From assembly GCA_902517795.1 (NCBI GenBank), contig CABYDR010000001.1, positions 2,512 to 66,511 on the forward strand: DNA of 64,000 nucleotides, given 5' to 3'. Shown here piece by piece: positions 57,983 to 64,000 of this stretch. The stretch is from an uncultured Woeseiaceae bacterium. GTDB lineage: Bacteria; Pseudomonadota; Gammaproteobacteria; Steroidobacterales; Woeseiaceae. Below the pieces are notes generated by a model, which did no database searches, was not told where the DNA came from, and saw only the letters and a list, made by a program, of their open reading frames with translations. A program made the translations under genes and the position numbers. Each line of letters opens with the position of its first letter. Within the stretch, counting starts at the first letter, position 1.

Positions 57983-58927
57983 TTAATCTTCTATTGCAGA
58001 TCCTTTAGAGTTTGATTGGCTGATCCATGTTTGACAATCGTAACCTTGATTTAAACAAGATTCTCTCATTAACCTCTCTAATTGAGAAGATTTATTGTTT
58101 TCACATATAGCGAATATACTTGGCCCGCTCCCAGAAATGGAACATCCAAGCGCCCCATTATTAAGGGCGATTTCTTGTATTTTTTTGAAACAAGGCACAT
58201 CAGGTGCCCTCTGCGGTTCTATCAAAATATCTCTTAAATTTTCTCGTATAAGAGTGATATCATTTTGAATTACACCAAGAACAAAACCAGCAAGATATGA
58301 CTGTTGTTCAAGCAGTACATCTAATGAATAATTCTTTTTAAGCTTCAACCTGCTTTCGGCAGTATTAACCTTTAATTCAGGATGAAGGACTATACTTGAA
58401 AGTGTGTCGGGCATTTTTATGGAACTTGTCACTGGAAGACTATTTTGAGGGCAAAAAACAAGTCCGCCAAATAAACTCGGTGCAACATTATCTGCATGAA
58501 GACCACCGCTGGCAAATTTTTCTCCCTCTAGTGCATACATGAGTATTTCTTTTTTGCTTAAAGGATTTTCTAGCAATGCATTTGCTGCAACAGCACCTGC
58601 AACAGCAGATGCAGCTGAACTGCCCATGCCCGATTGCAATGGAATGCCTTTATGGATTACTAATTCTAATCCACATGATTGAGACTGACTCTCCCACAAA
58701 CTGTTTGCAGATATTGAAGCTGTATTCTCATTGGTATTTTTAGATAAAGAAGAATGAACATCACCATTTAAATCATATATTTCTTTGATACGAACGCCTT
58801 TCTCCTCAGTCTTTCTGGCTGATACTCTATCACCAACATTCTCAATTGCTAATCCCAACATATCAAAACCAACCCCAACATTTCCAATCGAAGCTGGCGC
58901 AAAAGCTGTTATATATTTATCTGTCAT
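57983..58927 (-). CDS. thrB: homoserine kinase
   Basis: GHMP kinase motif PLQSGMGSSAASAVAG. Lies between thrA and thrC. Confidence 0.9.
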   Translation of the reverse strand: MTDKYITAFAPASIGNVGVGFDMLGLAIENVGDRVSARKTEEKGVRIKEIYDLNGDVHSSLSKNTNENTASISANSLWESQSQSCGLELVIHKGIPLQSGMGSSAASAVAGAVAANALLENPLSKKEILMYALEGEKFASGGLHADNVAPSLFGGLVFCPQNSLPVTSSIKMPDTLSSIVLHPELKVNTAESRLKLKKNYSLDVLLEQQSYLAGFVLGVIQNDITLIRENLRDILIEPQRAPDVPCFKKIQEIALNNGALGCSISGSGPSIFAICENNKSSQLERLMRESCLNQGYDCQTWISQSNSKGSAIED

Positions 58928-58928
58928 A

Positions 58929-61418
58929 TCAGTTAGTTAATTTTATTAAAGTTACAATATCAGCGAATATTCCCGCAGCTGTTACCTCTGGTCCGGCTCC
59001 AGGGCCTTGGATTACCATTGGATTTTTTGAGTAACGATCGGATTGAATCTGAATAATATTGTCTGTTAATTGAATATTACTGAATGCGTGATCTTTTGGG
59101 TATTCAGATAATCCAATAAAGACCTCATTGTCTTTGTTTAATTTAGCCGTGTACCTCAGGACCATAGAGTTTTTCTTGGCATTTAAAAACCTTTCCTGCA
59201 TATCATTATCATAACTTTTAAACAAATCCAGGAATTGATCTGAGTCAACATTCATTAATTCTTCTGGCACAAGATTTTCGATATTAAAAGTATCTATTTT
59301 TAGTGCCCTACCAGCCTCTCTACCTATTATCGCTAACTTTCTGGCAACATCCATGCCTGTTAGATCATCTCTTGGGTCGGGTTCAGTGTATCCACTGCTC
59401 TTTGCCTCAGAAACAATTTGAGAAAACGGTTTTGTACCATCATAAACATTGAATAAATAGGCCAATGTTCCTGAAAATATTCCTTCTATTGAATGAATAG
59501 TGTCACCTGTGTCAATCAAACTCTGAACTGTTGATATTACAGGCAAGCCTGCAGCAACTGTGGTCTCATAGAAACAATAGTTCCCAGTACTATTCGAAAG
59601 ATCTTTTATTTTTTTATATGCATCAAGATTACCACTGAAAGCCTTTTTATTAGGCGTGATAACATGCAATCCAGATTCTAGCCATTGTGAGTATTTACTG
59701 GATATATCTTCATTAGATGTACAATCTATAATCAATGTATTTTGATTTACGCCACCTTCAGAGACGTGTTTCACAAATTTATCGATATCAAAATCAACAG
59801 ACGAAGATTCAATTAACGTCTTCCAATCAGAACAATCCAATGAATCCTCAGTTAGGATCATTGCATTGGATTTAGCAATCCCCTTTATTTCAAGTTGTAT
59901 ATTGAATTTATTGCAAATTTTTTCTGTATTATTGTTCAGTTGATTTAACAATTCACCACCAACTACACCAATACCTATAATTCCAACATTCAGAGTAGAT
60001 TTAGTCATAAAAAATCCTTTATGAATTTCATTGAGTGCTTGGTTGGCATTTTTAGAATCAATTACAGCAGATATATTTCTCTCAGAGGAACCTTGAGCTA
60101 TGGCTCTAACACTAATACCTGCCTCACCAAGAGTATTAAAAAATTTTCCTGCTATTCCATATTGTCCAACCATATTATCTCCTACAACAGCAAGGACGGA
60201 GAGATCTCTTTTAATATCTATATTTGAAATTAGACCTGATTTGATCTCTTCAGAGAATGCATCATTTATTTGATTGTATGCAATTTCAATTAGTGATTGA
60301 GGAATCGCTATGCAGATTGAATGCTCTGAGCTCGCCTGAGAAATAAGTGACACGGAGATATTTTTTTCTTTCAGTGAGGCAAATAATTTATCAGCTGTAC
60401 CTGGAACACCTAACATTCCTGTCCCCTCTACATTGATTAAAGCCATTGACTCAATAACTGTAATGCCTTTTATTTCTCTGTTGGCATCAATGTTTGATGA
60501 AATTTTAGTGCCTTTTTTTTCGGGATCAAAAGTATTTCTTATAAAAATTGGAATTTCTTGCTTTATAAGCGGACTAAACGTTTTTGGATGAATAACTTTA
60601 GCACCAAAATAAGCGAGCTCCATTGCCTCATTGTAAGATAAATTAGATATCAATCTGGCACTTTTAACACGATTTGGATCAGCACTTAATACACCATCAA
60701 CATCCGTCCATATGACCAGCTCCTCTGCTTCAAAGAGAGAAGCAAAAATTGCAGCAGAGTAGTCACTGCCATTCCTACCGAGATTAGTCGAAATACCATT
60801 ATATTTAGAAGCTATAAAACCAGTGATTACATATATGCTAGATGGAGATGATGATATTAAATCAGAAAAACTTTCTTTGGACTTTAGCCAATCTACAGTG
60901 TGATCAATATGACTCTTTTCTAAAAAAAGAACTTTTCTACTATCCAAAAAAGCTGATTTTTTCTCTGCCAGTAGTTTATTTAAATATATATTCATTAATC
61001 TGGCTGACCACAACTCTCCATAACCAGCAATTATCTCACCCTTTTCTCCACAGTCTGCTGAATCAGATGGTTGCTCTAGAATATTTTTAATTTTATCAAA
61101 GTCACTAAAGACATTTTCAAGGTATTCTTTAGATTCTTTTTCTTCAAGCAAATCATTTGAAAGTACTGAAATTCTCTCAGAGATTAATTTATATTCATCA
61201 GATGAAAAGAGAGATTCAGATGTACAATCTTCTGATATCTTTATCAAAAGATCAGTGAATCCACCCATAGCAGAGACCACAATGCCATGATTATGGCTCT
61301 CGTTTACATAATATGAGTCTAATATAATTTTTGAAACTCTAACAAAACATGCTGTATCAGCAAGGCTAGAACCTCCAAATTTATATATTTTCCAGTTTTT
61401 TCTTTTGTTTGAGCTCAT
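58929..61418 (-). CDS. thrA: bifunctional aspartokinase / homoserine dehydrogenase I
   Basis: 829 aa with N-terminal aspartokinase (KFGGSS), ACT region and a C-terminal homoserine dehydrogenase Rossmann motif (GIIGIGVVGG). Confidence 0.9.
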   Translation of the reverse strand: MSSNKRKNWKIYKFGGSSLADTACFVRVSKIILDSYYVNESHNHGIVVSAMGGFTDLLIKISEDCTSESLFSSDEYKLISERISVLSNDLLEEKESKEYLENVFSDFDKIKNILEQPSDSADCGEKGEIIAGYGELWSARLMNIYLNKLLAEKKSAFLDSRKVLFLEKSHIDHTVDWLKSKESFSDLISSSPSSIYVITGFIASKYNGISTNLGRNGSDYSAAIFASLFEAEELVIWTDVDGVLSADPNRVKSARLISNLSYNEAMELAYFGAKVIHPKTFSPLIKQEIPIFIRNTFDPEKKGTKISSNIDANREIKGITVIESMALINVEGTGMLGVPGTADKLFASLKEKNISVSLISQASSEHSICIAIPQSLIEIAYNQINDAFSEEIKSGLISNIDIKRDLSVLAVVGDNMVGQYGIAGKFFNTLGEAGISVRAIAQGSSERNISAVIDSKNANQALNEIHKGFFMTKSTLNVGIIGIGVVGGELLNQLNNNTEKICNKFNIQLEIKGIAKSNAMILTEDSLDCSDWKTLIESSSVDFDIDKFVKHVSEGGVNQNTLIIDCTSNEDISSKYSQWLESGLHVITPNKKAFSGNLDAYKKIKDLSNSTGNYCFYETTVAAGLPVISTVQSLIDTGDTIHSIEGIFSGTLAYLFNVYDGTKPFSQIVSEAKSSGYTEPDPRDDLTGMDVARKLAIIGREAGRALKIDTFNIENLVPEELMNVDSDQFLDLFKSYDNDMQERFLNAKKNSMVLRYTAKLNKDNEVFIGLSEYPKDHAFSNIQLTDNIIQIQSDRYSKNPMVIQGPGAGPEVTAAGIFADIVTLIKLTN

Positions 61419-61494
61419 GTTTTACTTCGAGGCGCTAACGCCACAATTATTTACGAAAAGCGGATTATACATGATTATCAGAATAAAAAATAAG

Positions 61495-61569
61495 TGGTGG
61501 GGCGTGTAGGAGTCGAACCTACGACCAGTCGGTTAAAAGCCGAATGCTCTACCTCTGAGCTAACGCCCC
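61495..61569 (-). tRNA. lysT: tRNA-Lys (anticodon UUU)
   Basis: The reverse complement is GGGGCGTTAGCTCAGAGGTAGAGCATTCGGCTTTTAACCGACTGGTCGTAGGTTCGACTCCTACACGCCCCACCA, with a CTTTTAA anticodon loop. Confidence 0.9.
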
Positions 61570-61697
61570 ACTCTTGAAAATCGCAATTATTAAAAGTTAG
61601 TATTTTGCGTGGATAATACCGAACTGCCTGCAAATCTCAAGACAATTATTTGAGTGCGAAATTATACAATAAGAACGATTAATAATTGATTTATTTT

Positions 61698-62456
61698 TTA
61701 TAAATTTCTATCGCTCAAAACTTTAATTCTTTGTTCGGCTAATTTGGCCACTGTGGAATCTGGGTAATCATTTTGAATTTTTTCAAAGACAGATCTTGCT
61801 TGATTCCAGTCGCCTAATTCGAAGTGACAATATCCAATTTTAAGCAGTGCATCAGAGACTTTTCTTGAACGAGGATAATTCTCAATAACTTTTGTGAATT
61901 GATCTAATGCCTGTTGAAATTGATTCGCAGCATAATAGGATTCTGACAACCAATATTGTGCATTATCAATTAAGCTGCTCCCAGGAAAAGAAGACAAAAA
62001 TCTAATAAAAGCCAGAGATGCCAGCTCATATTCCTGCTCTTTTAAAAGCTCAAATGCAGCTTGATAATTTTCTTGATCTGTACCTCCAGGAACAGGAAGC
62101 TCTCCCAATAGAATTTCATCCTCATCTACAATATTCATTGAATTCAGAGCGCTAATCGATCTCTCTAGATCTTGTAAACGATCATCTAAATCTATATAAA
62201 GTGAACGCTGTCGATCCTGAGTAGATTGAGATTTATAATCTAAGTCTTCCAAAGATCCCTGCATTTGTGCGACTTGTCTTTGTAAGTCATCTAGCTGACG
62301 AACAATCTCCATGATTCCTTGTTCATTGGATCTCATGGGAGGATTTTGCATTGAAGATTGCGGGTTTTGATATGCGCCATTAACAGGCGCCTGCGCACAT
62401 CCATATGTGAGCACAGCAAATGATACTATGCTGATATACCTGAATTTAAAGCTCAT
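61698..62456 (-). CDS. cpoB: Tol-Pal system protein CpoB/YbgF
   Basis: Signal peptide, coiled-coil N-domain and C-terminal TPR repeats. Lies directly after pal. Confidence 0.85.
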   Translation of the reverse strand: MSFKFRYISIVSFAVLTYGCAQAPVNGAYQNPQSSMQNPPMRSNEQGIMEIVRQLDDLQRQVAQMQGSLEDLDYKSQSTQDRQRSLYIDLDDRLQDLERSISALNSMNIVDEDEILLGELPVPGGTDQENYQAAFELLKEQEYELASLAFIRFLSSFPGSSLIDNAQYWLSESYYAANQFQQALDQFTKVIENYPRSRKVSDALLKIGYCHFELGDWNQARSVFEKIQNDYPDSTVAKLAEQRIKVLSDRNL

Positions 62457-62463
62457 TGGTATT

Positions 62464-62988
62464 TTAATTTATAACAACGATCTCAACACGACGATTTTGC
62501 TGATAAGAACTCTCGTTGCTTCCAAATGCCATCGGCCTTTCTTCACCATAACTCACAGTTGTGATTTGATTTGCTGAAACACCATTAAGAAGCATAGCTC
62601 TTCTCACGGCTTGAGCTCGTCTTTCTCCTAGCCCAATGTTGTACTCACGTGAACCTCTCTCATCAGCATGACCTTCAAGTCTGACCGTGGCCAGTGTATT
62701 TGCATTTAATCTCTGCGCATATGCAGACACCAAATCATCGTATTCTAGGCGCAAGTCAGAACGATCAAAATCAAAGTAAATAATAGTGTCTAATGGCTCA
62801 GCAAAACTATCGTCGCCAATCCTTTCCATTGAATCATCGCCATCCATACCCATTCCATAAGAGGATGGATCATTGTCATCTGCAGATGACATGGATGATG
62901 AGCCTGTTGGACCAGGCCCTGAATACAATGTACAACCTGAGACGAAAAATATTAAAGTACTTACTGTTAACCACTTAAACCGATTCAT
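62464..62988 (-). CDS. pal: peptidoglycan-associated lipoprotein
   Basis: Lipobox FVSGC and an OmpA-like domain (LEGHADERGSREYNIGLGERRA). Confidence 0.9.
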   Translation of the reverse strand: MNRFKWLTVSTLIFFVSGCTLYSGPGPTGSSSMSSADDNDPSSYGMGMDGDDSMERIGDDSFAEPLDTIIYFDFDRSDLRLEYDDLVSAYAQRLNANTLATVRLEGHADERGSREYNIGLGERRAQAVRRAMLLNGVSANQITTVSYGEERPMAFGSNESSYQQNRRVEIVVIN

Positions 62989-63043
62989 TTTTTACTCCCT
63001 AATCTCGTTATTCAACTTAATATATCTATAATCTAACACATAA

Positions 63044-64000
63044 TTATAATTTTAAAAATGGTGACCAAACTGGTTCCCTTATGTCGCCCAATTTAGGCGC
63101 CATTCTTTGCCTAACTAAGCCGTCTGCAGTAACAGTCTCAAGCACACCATTACCCCTTAATTTTGTCGCATAAATCAGTGTATCGCTATTTGGCGCAAAG
63201 CTTGGTGATTCATCTTGCTTACCTGAGGATAATATCAGGAAGTTTTCCTCTTTAATATCAAGAATTGCGATTCTATAGTCACCTCGATATTGATGAACCA
63301 TAGCAAGTTTATTTCCATCAGGTGATAATCTTGGTCTGGCATTATAGCTACCTTCAAAAGTTACTCTAGTGGCTCTATCTGCATTAACCTTCATCTTATA
63401 TATCTGGGGTGACCCTCCACGATCAGATGTAAAATAAATTTCCTCTCCATTGGGTGCCCAAGTGGCTTCTGTATCGATAGCACGATTATAAGTTAGCCTT
63501 CTCAATTTTCTTGAAGCTATATCCAGTATATGGATATCAAGATTACCGTCAGATCCACCTAGCGTGAGAACTAACTGTCGACCATCTGGTGAGAAAGCTG
63601 GTGAGCCATTTATGCCTGGTAATTCAGAGATTTTTCTTCTATTACCGGTTCTTAGGTTTTGAACAAAAATAGATGACATGTTTCCTTCGAAAGAAACATA
63701 TGAGAGAAGCCTGCTATCCGGCGACCATGATGGAGACATTATGGGGTCTTTTGACTCAAGGATAATCTGCTCATTCTCACCATCAGAATCAGATACCACA
63801 AGGGCATAACTGCTTCTATCTCTTGATACATTGGACCTAACATATGCTACTTTTGTATCGAATACACCTCTTATTCCAGTCAGCTCCTCAAAAACCATAT
63901 CAGCAATCCTATGAGCTGATCTTCTCATAGTAATCTCATTTGCAGGCAGTCTATATCCGACAATTTGTTCGCGTTTAAATATATCGAAAAGTTGAAACTG
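63044..64000 (-). CDS. tolB: Tol-Pal system beta-propeller protein TolB (N-terminus beyond the window end)
   Basis: Repeated SP.WSPDG-type blades (SPSWSPDSRLLSY, SPAFSPDGRQLV, RLSPDGNKLA, SPSFAPNSDTL). The frame stays open upstream of the track's Met (63928) to nt 64000. Confidence 0.9.
   Translation of the reverse strand, partial: QFQLFDIFKREQIVGYRLPANEITMRRSAHRIADMVFEELTGIRGVFDTKVAYVRSNVSRDRSSYALVVSDSDGENEQIILESKDPIMSPSWSPDSRLLSYVSFEGNMSSIFVQNLRTGNRRKISELPGINGSPAFSPDGRQLVLTLGGSDGNLDIHILDIASRKLRRLTYNRAIDTEATWAPNGEEIYFTSDRGGSPQIYKMKVNADRATRVTFEGSYNARPRLSPDGNKLAMVHQYRGDYRIAILDIKEENFLILSSGKQDESPSFAPNSDTLIYATKLRGNGVLETVTADGLVRQRMAPKLGDIREPVWSPFLKL

Noticed and set aside
61419-61494. Search for a thr-operon leader peptide or attenuator upstream of thrA
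   Set aside because: Only 76 nt separate tRNA-Lys from thrA. They contain a tataat-like box and a 4-bp hairpin but no Thr/Ile-rich mini-ORF.

Overview
AT-rich window from a marine gammaproteobacterium, possibly SAR86-like. This is inferred from E. coli-like core synteny plus a proteorhodopsin photosystem.

Layout:
- 42.2-64 kb: housekeeping core (pgsA, uvrC, rluE, class II DAHP synthase, ALDH7-type dehydrogenase, nudL-like, fumC, purB, mnmA, acnA, tatD, thrCBA, tRNA-Lys, cpoB, pal, tolB).
- 0-16.5 kb: accessory metabolic and secreted-protein genes. These include a choline dehydrogenase-like / aldehyde dehydrogenase / BCCT transporter trio, two beta-lactamase-fold serine hydrolases, ornithine cyclodeaminase, AlkB, an SDR and two MORN-repeat proteins.
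- 28.1-42.2 kb: a blue-tuned proteorhodopsin with crtI-crtB-crtY-blh, plus a Tat-flavoprotein / bicupin / enolase-family operon.

Main observations:
1. The gammaproteobacterial uvrC-pgsA-tRNAGly-tRNACys-tRNALeu locus is recognisable but split by insertions. The whole proteorhodopsin photosystem lies between tRNA-Gly and tRNA-Cys.
2. Downstream of tRNA-Leu(UAA) there are four diverged direct copies of the tRNA 3' part. They delimit a tandem array of four cassettes with no integrase (16.5-28.0 kb).
3. The cassette next to the tRNA carries a six-gene module of unrecognisable proteins (22.1-27.7 kb). Four of the genes form a tightly packed operon, two of its junctions being start/stop overlaps.
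4. Three membrane proteins in that module share a tethered C-terminal D-x-[LM]-F-x-[DN]-[IL] peptide. Three larger proteins carry E/R/K-rich helical segments. This module is my best candidate for an undescribed system, but its function cannot be read from the sequence.

No CRISPR array, rRNA, transposase or integrase gene was seen.
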